The position numbers were made by a program, and so were the translations under genes. The notes beneath the pieces were generated by a model. The model saw only the letters and a program-made list of their open reading frames with translations. It had not been told where the DNA came from and searched no databases. Positions 42,565-59,480 of a stretch of 64,000 nucleotides of DNA are shown here, piece after piece. The DNA is from Eledone cirrhosa (lineage: Eukaryota). Position 1 is the stretch's first letter. Every line of letters starts with the position of its first letter. The stretch spans positions 12,152,001-12,216,000 of the forward strand of contig OZ024753.1 of assembly GCA_964016885.1 (NCBI GenBank), in the 5' to 3' direction.

Positions 42565-42980
42565 CAAAGAGGGTGTGGAAAGGTTCCGGGTGGACCATTT
42601 CGCCCCACAGTACTCGATACATGGGGTAGTAGATCGGTTAATATGAAAAGATTCAGGTCTCCAACGGCTGAGCTCCAATTAGGGGCTTAGTTCGGATCTA
42701 GGTGTCGAAACGGCCGGAACTCAGCCATCGGGATCCTGACACTTTTCCTATATATATATATATATACACACACACACATATACCAAAATATCCGTTTGGA
42801 TCTAGCTGTCGAAAAGCCCAGAGCTCAGCCGCCTGGGTCCTGATTCTTTTCCCATATATATATATATATAATATATATATATAAACTTACATGGCTGGAT
42901 TAACGGTTGATCTGGGTTCATCTCCCGCCCAACGCATCTCTCTTTGTCAGTAGGTGCTATTAAGTAAGACATTATTATAA

Positions 42981-43080
42981 TTGAGGTTAACTTTGCCTTT
43001 CATCCTTACGGGTTCGATAAAATAAAGTACCAGTAATGTACTGGGTATTTGCTGGCCTTGTGCCTAAAGTAGAAATAATA
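42981..43080 (+). mobile_element. Nin-domain SINE, 5'-truncated
   Basis: Core and tail with TSD ATTATTATAAT. Confidence 0.85.
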
Positions 43081-43800
43081 ATTATAATACTATTCATAAC
43101 CAGCGCTAAGCTTTTACGTAAACCATATATGCCATTAAATCATTAGGTAAAGTAATAATCGAGAGAGCAGTTAAATACTGGTAGGGGATGCTTTGTGTTA
43201 TGAAATATAATATAATAAAACTCATATATTAATGGGGTGCATATTGTACAAAAGAACAGAACAGGCTAATTCTATAGTACGGGATCCGTTTTAATTAACG
43301 CTTGACAGAATGTCACTGAAATAGCGAATTCTACAGAGAAAGTTTGCATATAGCAATGTTGAAATTACTCATATAACGTAGGTATAAAAGTATTTAGATT
43401 CTACAAAGTATTATCGTTCGTATGGAGGAGAGTGTTATGGGTCATATATATATATATTCTTTTACACAATTTACTGATTAAGCTAATGCATTATTCAACG
43501 GTGTTAGTGAAGCATCGCCAAACCCAGTGTTCATGGTTATATGTCGAAAAGCAAATTAAAACTTTGATGGTCACTGAAGCAACACGACACTGTTAAATAT
43601 GAACATAGACACATACATACACGCATGCGCACACATATGCACACGTATATATGCACACACACACACACACGCACACGCACACGCACACGCACACACTGAC
43701 TAGTTAGTTTATTAACGCGATCAAATATATATGTATATAGCGTATATATGTACAGTGTATGTGTATTTAGGGTAGTTAGGGTGAATAAATAAACAGTTTC

Positions 43801-43843
<43 letters not shown>

Positions 43844-44072
43844 TACATGCATGTATATATAAATGCGCGCGTATATACATGTGCGTGTATATATATATAT
43901 ATATATATATATATGCGTGTATATATAGCGTATATATGTATATATATACATATGTATATATATATACATTGTATATATATATATACATTGTATATATATA
44001 TACATATGTATATATATATACATGTATATATATATACATGTATATATATATACATGTATATATATATTTATT

Positions 44073-44680
44073 TATGTCAGGTCACCAGTTGGTGCTACTG
44101 GTAACATGTATCCCAGTACAACCTGTCTCATGGTCGGGTCGTTGGCGACTAAACTGGCAATCACACCAAGGTTTCTTGGTGAGGAGGGTGACTTTGGACA
44201 TCCTGCAGGACTAAAAACAAAACCTGTCAAAGGGCAAGGGAGCTCTTAAGAGTCAATAGCCATCCAAAATCACCGGGAGAGATGACCCCTTAGCCTTTGT
44301 CAAGGCAGAATTCTAGGAGAAGGAACACTCTGATATAACACCTGCAACTCTGATGGTATCCAATGATGTTGACCTGTTCTTCTTTTTGGTAAATATCATC
44401 TTGGTTAAGAGAGTGGGACTGGCTTTGTGCAGTGCCTTTGCTCACTATAAAAGCTTCACGGCACAGGCATTGCTTTATATCTGGAGATCTCTCTGCACTT
44501 GTCGTCACATGGTACCATGGGCCCAGCACTATGTGTCAATAATTGTCACAAGTGTAGTCTTTGTACCAGAGTTTTCAAGTCGCTGGCTGGACTAAAGTCA
44601 CATTCGTTCAGCGCATCGGTAGGGGTTCTCTACATGGATATAAAGTAGTGGCCGTACTCGAAAACGAGTTGGCAGCCACC
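44073..44680 (+). repeat. Interspersed repeat (copy of 34418-34613) plus unassigned downstream TE-like sequence
   Basis: Alignment by eye over 44073-44270; the remainder is unassigned. Confidence 0.6.
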
Positions 44681-44760
44681 ATATATATATATATATGTAT
44701 ATATATATATGTATATATATATATGTATATATATATATGTATATATATATATATGTATAT

Positions 44761-44792
<32 letters not shown>

Positions 44793-44801
44793 GTATATAT
44801 G

Positions 44802-44838
<37 letters not shown>

Positions 44839-45007
44839 GTATATATATATATGTATATATATATATGTATATATATATATGTATATATATATATGTATAT
44901 ATATATATGTATATATATATATGTATATATATATATGTATATATATATATGTATATATATATATGTATATATATATATGTATATATATATATGTATATAT
45001 ATATATG

Positions 45008-45038
<31 letters not shown>

Positions 45039-45101
45039 GTATATATATATATGTATATATATATATATGTATATATATGTATATGTATATATATGTATAT
45101 G

Positions 45102-45186
<85 letters not shown>

Positions 45187-45500
45187 GTATATATATATAC
45201 ATATGTATATATATATACATATGTATATATATATACATATGTATGTATATGTATGTATGTATATGTATGTTATATATGTATATGTATGTATACATATGCA
45301 TATGTATATATATGTATATGTATGTATGCATATGTATATATATATGTATATATGTATGCATATGTATATATATGTATATATGTATATATATATACATATA
45401 TGTATATATGTATATGTATGTATGCATATGTATATATATGTATATATGTATATACATATATGTATGTATATATGTATATACATATATGTACATATATATA
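44681..45500. repeat. (TA)n/(TATG)n array
   Basis: Direct inspection. Confidence 0.95.
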
Positions 45501-46772
45501 TTCTCTTTTACTCTTTTACCGCCATCCGGTTGAGGCCATGCTGGGGCACCGCCCTTGTTGCTACACATTTTATCTCCAGCCTGTATAGGTTGGCCACTGG
45601 TGTAAGAGGGAGTTTGTTGCTGCTGCCCTTGGGTTTCCCTCGAGTCTTGCTGTGGGCTCATCCGGGATCCTGGATAACAAGGTGTCGAGATGTTTCTTAA
45701 AGACATCCACCTCCACGTCATGCAAGTCTCTCAGATGCCTCGGCAGCCTGTTGAAGAGTTGAGGGCCCTTGAATCCCAGGCTATTGCAATACCTGCTCCT
45801 TATTCTAGATGTGGAAGACGGGACCTTTGGCACCACACAGTGACGTCCTGTTCGACGGTTGGTCCAGCTCCCAATGCCAAAGTTTGGTGCTAGTCCCTCC
45901 AGGATTTTCCACATGTAGATCACTGCGTATCTCTCCCGTCTTCGCTCCAAGGAGTAGAGGTTCAGTTCCTTCAGCCTCTCCCAGTAGCTTGTCTCCCTCA
46001 TCTTGGCAATCCTCTTGGTGTAGCTTCGCTGGATTGCCTCAAGCTCCGTGGTTAGTTTGACACTATGGGGTGACCACAACTGGGAGAAGTAGTCCAGGCG
46101 GCTTAGGACAAAATCCTCCACAGTGTCAACATGGTATCTCGACCTCTTGTCCGGAAAGTCCTCAAGATCAAGCCAGCGAGTCGTCTGCACATTGTCGCTA
46201 CCTTCATGATGTGTGAAGAAAAAGATGCATCATCGCTCATGTCTATGCCCAGGTTTCGTATCGATTTTGACACGGGGATATCGGTCCCTCCTGGTCCTGT
46301 GTAGCTGTGTTCCACTATATTTGTGTTTGCAGGTTTGTATTGTAGGGCTTGGAATTTGCCAGCATTAAACTGCATGTTGTTTTCTTCGCCCATCTGTATA
46401 TGGCATCCAGATCTGCTGTAGAAGGGCAGCGTCAGCCGGGTTTTTGATTGCCTGTGCTACCTTAGTGTCATCAGCATAGCTAGTGAGGGATGTTGTTGTA
46501 TGCACCACAGAGGGCATGTCCAGAGAGCCACGAAAAACAGTAGTGGTCCAGGACTGTCTCCTGGGGCACACCACTTGTTATCGGTGTTTCCCTCGAGAGG
46601 GACCCATTTGCTGCGACTGCCTGGCTTCTGTCCCTTAGGAAGCCATGCAGCCACTCACCCACTTTTCCAGTTATGCCGAGTCCGTGTAGTTTGTGACATA
46701 TCATTCCGTGGTCGACCTTGTCAAAGGCCTTCGCAAAGTCAAGATATATCACGTCTACATGTGAGCTGTCTA
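45497..46772 (-). mobile_element. 5'-truncated CR1-clade LINE (frameshifted RT pseudogene)
   Basis: [43 protein letters not shown] and YWERLKELNLYSLERRRER motifs. Tail GTAAAAGAGTAAAAGAG; both ends lie in TA arrays. Confidence 0.93.
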
Positions 46773-46777
46773 GTAGT

Positions 46778-46791
46778 TATATATGCATATA

Positions 46792-46838
<47 letters not shown>

Positions 46839-47299
46839 ATATGTATATATGTATATGTATATATATGTATATGTATATATATGTATATATATGTATATGT
46901 ATGTATATGTATATATATGTATATATATATGTATATATATATGTATATATATATGTATATATATATATATGTATATATATATGTATATGTATATATATAT
47001 GTATATGTATATATGTATATGTATATGTATATATATATACGTATATGTATATATATATACGTATATGTATATATATGTATATATATATGTATATATATGT
47101 ATATATATACGTATATGTATATATATGTATATATATATGTATATATATGTATATATATATGTATATGTATATATATATACGTATATATATATGTATACAT
47201 ATATAATATATATATGTATACGTATATATATATGTATACGTATATATATATGTATACGTATATATATATATATATTTATACGTATATATATATATGTGT

Positions 47300-47358
<59 letters not shown>

Positions 47359-47736
47359 TATATATATGTTATATATATATATGTTATATATATGTATACG
47401 TATATATATGTATATATGTATATGTATATATATATAAGTATATATATGTATACGTATATATATGTATATATGTATACGTATATATATGTATATATGTATA
47501 TGTATATATATATAAGTATATGTATATATGTATATATATATGTATATATATATGTATATATATATGTATATATATATGTATATATATATATGTATATATA
47601 TATGTATATATATATATGTATAATATATGTATATATATATGTATATATATGTATATATATATGTATATATATATGTATATGTATATGTATATATATATGT
47701 ATATATGTATATGTATATGTATATATATATATATGT

Positions 47737-47769
<33 letters not shown>

Positions 47770-49987
47770 TATATATGTATATGTATATGTATATATTTGT
47801 ATATATGTATATATATATATACGTATGTATATATATGTATATATATATGTATATGTATATATGTATATGTATATTATATATGTATATGTATATGTATTAT
47901 ATATGTATATATATGTATATGTATATATATATGTATATATATATGTATATGTATATATATATGTATATATATATGTATATATATATGTATATATATGTAT
48001 ATATATGTATATGTATATATATTGTATATATATGTATATATATGTATATATATGTATATGTATATGTATATATATATGTATATGTATATATATATGTATA
48101 TGTATATGTATATGTATATATATATGTATATGTATATGTATATATATATGTATATGTATATATATATGTATATGTATATGTATATGTATATATATATGTA
48201 TATGTATATATATATGTATATATATGTATATGTATATATATATGTATATGTATATATATATGTATATGTATATATATATGTATATGTATATATATATGTA
48301 TATGTATATATATATGTATATGTATATATATATGTATATATATATGTATGTGTATATATATATGTATATATGATATATATATGTATATGTATATATATAT
48401 GTATATGTATATATATATGTATATGTATATATATATGTATATGTATATATATATGTATATGTGTATATATATATGTATATGTATATATATATGTATATAT
48501 ATATGTATATATATATGTATATATATATGTATATATATATGTATATGTATATATATATGTATATATAATATGTATATGTATATGTATATATATATGTATA
48601 TATATATGTGTATATGTATATATATATGTGTATATGTATATATATATGTATATATATATGTATATATATATGTATATATGTATATGTATATATGTATATA
48701 TGTATATGTATATATGTATATATGTATATATGTATATGTATATATGTATATGTATATATATATATGTATATATATATATGTATGTATGTATATATATGTA
48801 TGTATGTATATATATATATGTATGTATATATATATATGTATGTATATATATATATGTATGTATATATATATATCTATGTATATATATATATGTATGTATA
48901 TATGTATGTGTATATATATATATAAGTATATATAGATACATGTAAAGTTATATTTTAAATATAAGTATATATATATATATAAGTATATATATATATATAA
49001 GTATATATATATATATATATAAGTATATATATATATATAAGTATATATATATATATATATATATAAGTATATATATATATATATAAGTATATATATATAT
49101 AAGTATATATGTATATATATATATATATATAAGTATATATGTATATAATATGTATATATATATATATATAAGTATATATATATATAAGTATATATATATA
49201 TATATAAGTATATATATATATATAAGTATATATATATATATAAGTATATATATATATATATAAGTATATATATATATATATAAGTATATATATATATATA
49301 TAAGTATATATATATATAAGTATATATATATCTATATAAGTATATATATATATATATAAGTATATATATCTATATAAGATTATATATCTATATAAGATTA
49401 TATATCTATATAAGTATATATATATATAAGTATATATATCTATATAAGTATATATATATATAAGTATATATATATATAAGTATATATATATATAAGTATA
49501 TATATATATATAAGATTATATATCTATATAAGTATATATATATATAAGTCTATAAGTATATATAAGATTATATATCTATATAAGTATATATATATATATA
49601 TATATAAGATTATATATATATATATATATATATAAGTATATATATATATATATAAGTATATATATATATATATAAGTATATATATATATATATAAGTATA
49701 TATATATATATATATAAGTATATATATATATATATATAAGTATATATATATATATATATAAGTATATATATATATATAAGTATATATATATATAAGATTA
49801 TATATATATGCGTGTATTTGTATGTATATGTATATCTGTGTATATATATATATATATATAAGTATATATATATATAAGATTATAATATATTTAGAAACAC
49901 ACAGATACATATATAAGATTATATATATATATATGCGCGTGTATATATATATGTATATATGCATGTATATATATATATATATGCGTG

Positions 49988-50019
<32 letters not shown>

Positions 50020-50135
50020 TGCGTGTATATATATATATGTATATATATATATTTATATGCGTGTATATATATAGGTATATATATATATATATTCGTGTAT
50101 ATGTATGTATAAATATTCATATATATATATATATG
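46778..50135. repeat. 3.3 kb TA-based array: TATG zone, then TAAG zone
   Basis: The switch occurs at the 22 bp non-repeat junction at about 48939-48960. Confidence 0.95.
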
Positions 50136-50141
50136 TTATCC

Positions 50142-50718
50142 ATAACATGTTATCCATCTGCAACCAGCAGTATTCTTCTCACCCATATTTTCATATATTT
50201 ACCCAAACTGCAATTCTGTGTTTCTCTCTTTCTCTCTTACTGCTCCCTCGTTCTCTCTGTTTCTCTTACTTTCTTTCGTCCCCTCTGCCATGTCAGTTAA
50301 CTCTTTCTCTCTACTGACCTCTTCCTCGAACTCCCACTCACTCAGTCCCTGTTTCTCCCCTTCTTTCTTCCTCCCGTTCGCTGGGAAAACGGTTTTCATT
50401 CTTTCTAACACCGGATTCACTAGCGAAAGGTCTGTTTTCTGACTCGCTCATATATTCACACAGCTTACGCTGAAAGAATAACTATGTTGCTTGTGTTTAT
50501 TTCCATCTTCGGTTAGCTTCCCCCTGTGTTGTTTACTTGTCTCACTCGCTTTACGCGTTTCTATTGCCCTAATAACTTATTTTAGTTATTATCGCTCCAA
50601 CGTGAGGTATATGATTTTTAATGCGATGAAATACCCATGATCGTTTGGTAAATCGATGAGGGACTCATTTTATAACATGTTATCCATGTGCAAACAGCAG
50701 TATTCTTCTCACCCATAT

Positions 50719-50728
<10 letters not shown>
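50142..50728 (+). mobile_element. 530 nt unit plus 57 nt terminal direct repeat (pLTR-like)
   Basis: ataacatgttatccat.tgcaa.cagcagtattcttctcacccatattttcatatat at 50142 and 50672. Homologous to the minus strand of 12100-12450. Confidence 0.65.
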
Positions 50729-50757
<29 letters not shown>

Positions 50758-50788
50758 CATTTGTTTCCACTAGGTATATATATATATA

Positions 50789-50840
<52 letters not shown>

Positions 50841-51879
50841 AAATTATTAACGTTGTTGGTTTTCAATCAAAAGTACTTTGTCAGTAAAATGTTTTAACAC
50901 GCAACATGAACTGTGAGTCTTGTTCTGCGGTTGGTTTAAACCTGGAACCATATGTTTCAGAAGGAACATTTACCACACGGCCTTTCCTGAGTTATATCAG
51001 ACGCTAATAAATAAATGTCATCTTACCAGCGTATAGCAATGATATATCCCCATGAAATACATTGTTGATTCCCGATAGCACACTGTTTATTACATTACAA
51101 ATATTATATAAATGTTGGTCTTTACGCTAACTCGATAAGAAACCGATAATATTGATCGTGTTTACACGCAATATATTTTGGTTGTTCAGCTGGAAATATT
51201 GTTGTTGAAAATATCTGCGTTTCTATGAGATTCTTCTGGATGCTACGTAAGTGTATATTGAAACTCTTCGTTTCTTACATTAGTATGAAATTACGTTAGT
51301 TCATCGTCAGAATTATGACAAATCGACATATTTTATTAACGTCTGATTATGAATCCGAACAAAAAGATTCACTGTAGAATCAAGTGAAGCTAAAGGAAAT
51401 TCAATAGAATATATAGTCCAGTAGACTAAATGTATTTTACAATAATTCAATAACCTAACAATTTCCGTTAAAGAAAACCGAGCGAATTTCCCTTTACTTC
51501 AAATATATTCGTATCTCTACAACACAATTCTGTTATAGCATTACCGTTGTTATTGTTTCGATTCTGATTTATTTAAGATACCTATGTTTATTATGTGTCA
51601 CTGATAGTATTTTCCAATATTACCTTGCTCTTCTATGGCTGTAGTTTATATTTTAGGTGAAGTACTAATTCTATTTCTAGCAGGTCGATCGAACATGTAC
51701 AGATACCTTCAATGAATCGAAAATATTAATATATTTCCATATGTGAAAGTATTCCTGAATCTTTAACACAAACATGCAGGACATTATCTGGAGAATTTTT
51801 TTGCCACGTACACATGGAATGGATTATGATTTAAAAAATGTTTGTACTGATTTCTTCATGTGTAGTGTGAATTGTATCA

Positions 51880-52760
51880 ACATGTAAAGAATCGCTGTCT
51901 AACGCTTGTTGTTAGTGGCTCAATGTCATATCTTTTCTGCAAGGTTTGGTTATAGGTTTGTTGTTAAATGATTTTTCATCATTTTAATTCTTTACGGCAT
52001 TGTTTCTGCTGTAATAGAAACGGTGTTATTGCACTCAAGGTCTTCTTCTTTGTATGAATAGAGAATATTTTCTGTGATTTTCAGGGGTTCTGTCTCATTC
52101 TTCATTGAGCATTAGGATTCAAGCAATTAGGGGTTATTTCTGTTTCTGTAGGAACCCCATTAAGCTATGTACAAATACCTTAGGTGCCCGTGTTAAATAT
52201 TTAAACCTGCTGTTTGAGATTCTTCTGGTACCTTCAAGTTAAGTTTTTTCTATTTCCAGTGTGTTTTATATATCACCTCATTTTTGACGTCTTCCAATGT
52301 TGATGCAGTGTTTTGTTAGCTTTTCTAACCAGCCACTTTTACTGCATTTAGCTGTCTCCAGAACACTTCTATATATTATCATTGGTGTTACATTCCTTGT
52401 GTATGGTTTTCTACCAAGTTCCCATATTTGAGAGTGATGTTTTTTTTCTTATCTATGGATTCTTTGTGCTAAGTAAAATCTTTTGTTTTGTTTCGTTTCA
52501 TATGATATTCTGTTTCAGTGACGTCACTCTTTGCCATGTCTTTCATTATTTTTGTGTTCATTTATTCTTCAAGTAGTATTATGTTATTTCCTATAGCATT
52601 TAAACCTGGCAATCCTTTTCTACTATTTACTACACGTTTTGTATATATCTCTTCTTCCTGTTTCTGTTGGTTTTGCCATTGAGGCTTCTATAGATCTGAA
52701 GGAATATTCAACTTGTTTGTAAAACTATAGTGGCTGTTGTGTGTATATTGAAATATCATC
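51880..52760 (-). pseudogene. Very old Dong/R4-like LINE remnant (region upstream of and into RT)
   Basis: Fragments KPQWQNQ, GWLEK, TLEDVKNEVIYKTHWK and LLQQKQCRKE occur in the expected order, with many stops. Confidence 0.45.
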
Positions 52761-53627
52761 ATGCTAAGGGCCCAAATCACATTACACCCTTCTCTCTTCA
52801 GAATAATGACATAATCGATAATATAATACTATTGACATTATATCTGGAAAAAGAAATTCATAATGTACAGCTGAAATACCTTTCATCATAGGTCTGCAAG
52901 TTCATAGCGTTGGGAGATCTACGTTGCAATAGAAATAATGGAGATATTAAATATCCACAGAAAACTGCAGCTAAGTACAATAACACCCTGAGGAAATTTG
53001 TTCCTGTGACTTCAAGTCGAACATTAGGATGTTAAATGACTAATTTATTCAATAGTCATATAAGTATGAAGAGGTTAAATGGTAAATTTATTCAATAGCC
53101 ATGGTAGAATCAAAGCAAATCGGACTTAATCTTAATGAAATAAAACGTCCTCAACAAAGGTTACCGAATATACAGGGAATAAAGTATATTATCGAAAATT
53201 GTTTAGAAAAAATCAAAAGAAATTCGTTTGCATCGCAATATGAAATATAGAGCTGAGAATATAAAGAAAACTAATAACATAGTAAGAAACAAAACTAATC
53301 GAACAGTTTTGAAATAAAGGGCCAAACAAAACAACATATTTTACTGAATATTATCCTTTGTAAATTGTGAACATATATTTCATTGGAGTAAGTTATTTGA
53401 AAATAATGCTAAAACATTGCACTGAGATGCCCGGAGAAATGCATAATGGTGAAGGATAACTCATAAACATCAACGTAGATGAAAATACACTAAGCTAAAT
53501 CGTAAAGTAAACCACAGAAATAGAAAATAGACCTTTCAATGAAACCAAAAGCAGAATGAATTACAATATATAAATCCTAACATGTCCACATTTACTATTG
53601 TGGAATTTATTAATATTATCTGGATTG

Positions 53628-53815
53628 TGGTGGATTTGCAGTATCGGTAGAGGGTCGGATGCTATGCTTTGCAGCAAAGACTTACGGCCCTATATGATCT
53701 GAGTTCAAATCCCGCCGAGGTTAACTTTGCCTTTCATCCTTACGGGGTCGATACAAATAAAGTACCAGTCATACACTAGAATAATTGCTGACCTTGTGTC
53801 AAACGTAGAAACAAT
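53628..53815 (+). mobile_element. Nin-domain SINE
   Basis: B box and core; TSD-like ATTAT(C/A)TGGATTG. Confidence 0.85.
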
Positions 53816-54171
53816 TATATGGATTGATAACTTCGGTAGTCCCGAATGTATACTAATGCTTGTCCTTTCTAGCAAAAATAATAAACTAGTACCGCAGTGG
53901 TATAGCATCAATCCACAAAGACAGAAATGAGATACACAAACATATTAAAATAAACAACATTTTGTTGTCGGGTGAACAATTGGAAATGTATCAATGAAGA
54001 TGCTATATAATTATAAATTGGGATCTGAAAAACCTTTAGCCAGGAATAGTAGTCGACTATGTCTACGAGGTAAAACAATATATCATGTCTATATGATTTC
54101 AATGCTTATTAAATGTCAGGAATGGAGGGATGAGAGCGTTAAATGAAAATACGGAATATATATTCATTAAT

Positions 54172-54348
54172 TGTTTCTACTTTAGGCACAAGGCCAGCAA
54201 ATACCCAGTGCATTACTGGTACTTTATTTTATCGACCCCGTAAGGATGAAAGGCAAAGTCAACCTCGGAAGGATTTGAACTCAGATCGTAAAGGGACGTA
54301 ACTATGCTGGAAAGCATGGCCTCCGACCCTCTACATATACTGCCAATT
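54172..54348 (-). mobile_element. Nin-domain SINE
   Basis: TSD TATTCATTAAT. Confidence 0.9.
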
Positions 54349-54394
54349 TATTCATTAATGCTGCCTCGTAAGTTCGTGCATTTCCCTAAAATGA

Positions 54395-54660
54395 TGAAAA
54401 ACATTGCAGCAATACAATGGGAGGGAACATGACATCACTGATGATGTCACGAGTGTGTGAAGAAATAATTCTGAGAAATTATACTTGTTTATATTTATAA
54501 CTGTTGGTCAATCAATGATTAATGTTGATTGCCAGCTGAATTAATTATAGATATATATAATATACTGAAGTAAAAATCAACCAAAACCAAACAGTGTGTG
54601 TTTTATTATATATTTCTGGCAATATTATAAAAACATGACCCTCCCAAAATATAACAATAT
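54395..54660 (+). mobile_element. Solo PLE pLTR with HHR-like motif
   Basis: Aligns with 56425-56695; CTGATGA-tgTCAC gagtgt GTGAa-GAAA at 54438-54465. Confidence 0.7.
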
Positions 54661-54959
54661 AAAAAAACATTATTGACCTAAGACATGGTTATAAGAATGA
54701 ATTCTATCTTGCTGGCTTTAGAGACGAATAAAATATAGAACTGCTAATCAAAGTGACAGGATATAAGTACTTCCAGCTAAGCTGATTTCCTCACACTTCC
54801 CTCGTGGCTTTTTGATAGTTAAAAGGCTATGGGCGCGATATGGATAGATGTTCTGTTTATAATGCGCCGAAACATCCATGATCCATTGTAAACAGCTGAC
54901 GAAGGGAAACTGTCCATCCCTTGTTTGTGTCGCCTTACCTTCTAACACTATATATATAT

Positions 54960-56237
54960 ATTTATTTATTTGTTTTGTAAGGTATTTAATATGAAATCGT
55001 GTGTCGAAACAAATATTGTTATACTTGGGGATGGTCATAGTGTTATGAAGTGAAGGCGTGTGGCTGAGTGGTTAGAGAATTGGATTCGCAATCGTAAGGT
55101 TGTGAGTTCGATTCCTGGACCAGGCGATGCGTTATGTCCTTGAGCAAGACACTTTATTTCACGTTGCTCCTTCTACCTGGAGTTGCGACCGATAGATAGT
55201 ATTAGCAATTGGAAAGACCAACGGAAACATTGTTCCCTCGGTCCGATTTGACGAAAGTCAACCGTTCCTTATAGTGTTATGATATTGCCAGAAATAATAA
55301 CAGAACACACTCATTGTTTGATTTCCTAACTAACTGCATAATAGCCAGTATGGATGTAGTATCTCTGTACCCATCCATTAACAATGATTTTGCTTTGGAA
55401 AAAATGTGGGGAAATAATCAATGAGATCGAAGTAGAGTTCTGCGACGTCGACACAGATGAACTGGGCCTCCTACTTAGACTTACTACTTATGACACCGAA
55501 TACCGAGATAATCATGACCTTTGCTGATTCTGCCGCAGTTGACCTATATGAGGTAGACCCCCCCCCCCAACCACCACCACCACCATAACCACAATTTCTA
55601 AAAGGACTCCCATAGGAAGATGGATTGGATGGACCAAAGCGATACGGACACCCCAAAACAATGATCAGGTGAGATAAATAGGGGCTAGTATTAAAACTAC
55701 TCTAAAGGGCCATATGTTTATATTTAATCAAAAGATCTACACCCAGAATAAGGGAGCAGCAATTGGCGTCAGCATAGCTGGCGATGTTGCCAATCTATTG
55801 GTATGGTGGGTGAGGAGACTCTACCCCTTTAAGAAAACCTACTGTACGAATAAGAAATGTGTTATATGTAGAATGAACCACCAGATAAATTGTAAAACTA
55901 GATATGTAGTCTATAGTATAAGATGTACAGAGGGTACTTGTAGAAACATGACAAAAAGATACAAAGGTGAGACAGCTCGAAGCATAGGAGAAAGAATAGA
56001 GCAACTTCGGGGAGAGATAAAGGGACAAAAAAAGGAGACGGTTCAGTACTATATGAACACGCCAGACAAAAACATAACGGTAATATAGACAACATAGAAA
56101 TGACTCAACTGGTAGGCAAGTCAGAGAAACAACTGAGATAGAACTAAGAAGACCGATGTTGAACAGAAAGACCCAATGGAAAAACAAAAACAATCATACC
56201 CAAACAAACAATACTGACTTAAGGGAAACATAAATAA

Positions 56238-56282
<45 letters not shown>

Positions 56283-56700
56283 AGTACAATGACAACAAAC
56301 ACATATAAAAAAAACTAGTTAACAAAGATAGAATACGAAAACAAAAGAATAACATACCCTCAAACGCGAACGCAGAAACACAAACGCATGTGTAGAGACA
56401 GACAAAAATAAATAAATAAATTTAAAAAAAATGGCAATACAATACAATGGGAGGAAATATATTAGCACCACTGACGATGTCACAGATGTGTGACGAAAGA
56501 AATTTGATAGACTATATATATATTTTTTTATCTGTATTTTTAACCGATGGTCAACCAATGATAAACATTGATTGCCAAATAATTAACTATGGAGATATAA
56601 AAGATACAGAAGCGAAGACCAACCAAACAGTGAGTGTGTTCTGTTGTTATTTCTGGCAATATTATATCAATATGAACCTCCCCAAGTATAGTTATATATA
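54960..56700 (+). mobile_element. Penelope-like (Neptune-type) retroelement, internally deleted, with inverted 5' pLTR and direct 3' pLTR
   Basis: RT motifs IASMDVVSLYPSI and YTQNKGAAIGVSIAGDVANL are fused to the GIY-YIG region C...C.IC...CKTRYVVYSIRC...YKGETARSIGERI. Inverted pLTR at 54960-55320. Confidence 0.85.
55049..55270 (+). mobile_element. tRNA-derived CORE-like SINE nested in the pLTR
   Basis: A box TGGCTGAGTGG, B box GTTCGATTCC and CORE-like TGTCCTTGAGCAAGACACTT. 12 bp TSD ATAGTGTTATGA. Confidence 0.85.
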
Positions 56701-56746
56701 TAGATATCCAAAATTAAGGGTGTCATGTTCAAGAGACAGGCGCCAT

Positions 56747-56793
<47 letters not shown>

Positions 56794-57539
56794 CATCATT
56801 ACGCCATTTGTAGAAATTGCTCCTGGCATATATACCTTTAATGATATGGGTAAAATGGTTGATAGATATTCCGGAATCGGGGAATACACAATCTTTTTAC
56901 CTGAAAAGATTGTAATATAACGGATTTTAATAAATTCCCTATTTGATTTAGTAAAGGAATTTGCGAAGATAATCGGATCGAAACTATGGTAATTTGACCA
57001 GAAAGAAACAACTACTTGATCACACTTCCCCGAATTGTCTCTGTACGATCAGGTTATATTAACATCAAACGAAAGCTGGTGAATCGGAGTTACATTTGTT
57101 TACATAGTTTATACAAACTTTTACTTCAATAAAATTGTAAATGTTATTGAATCTAGAGAGCCGTGTATTTGTATAACCTAAGTATTCCATAATAATTTTA
57201 ATACGTACGCACACACGCGCGAAAACACATGGACAAGCAGGCACACACACACATATATATATATACACATATACATGTGTGTTTGTGTGTGTATGTGTGC
57301 ATATATATATACATGTATATCTATTTATGTCTTTATATATATATGCGCAAACAATATTATTTACGATTGCACAATAACAGCACCTATAATCTAATTTTTA
57401 TTTTCGATTCTCAATCATGAATAAAGTGGTTGCTTTGAAATGTGTCTATAGTAATATAGAGAACATTACTTTACAAATTACATGATCATATTCTGGGACA
57501 AATACATGCACACACACATACATACACATACATACATGC

Positions 57540-59478
<1,939 letters not shown>

Positions 59479-59480
<2 letters not shown>

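Noticed and set aside
51260-51316. Minus-strand CTGACGA...GAAA
   Set aside because: No credible stem I or II; a chance match.
55053-55130. tRNA gene (also the heads of the Nin-SINEs)
   Set aside because: A/B boxes are followed by SINE core sequence and flanked by TSDs; there is no complete cloverleaf.
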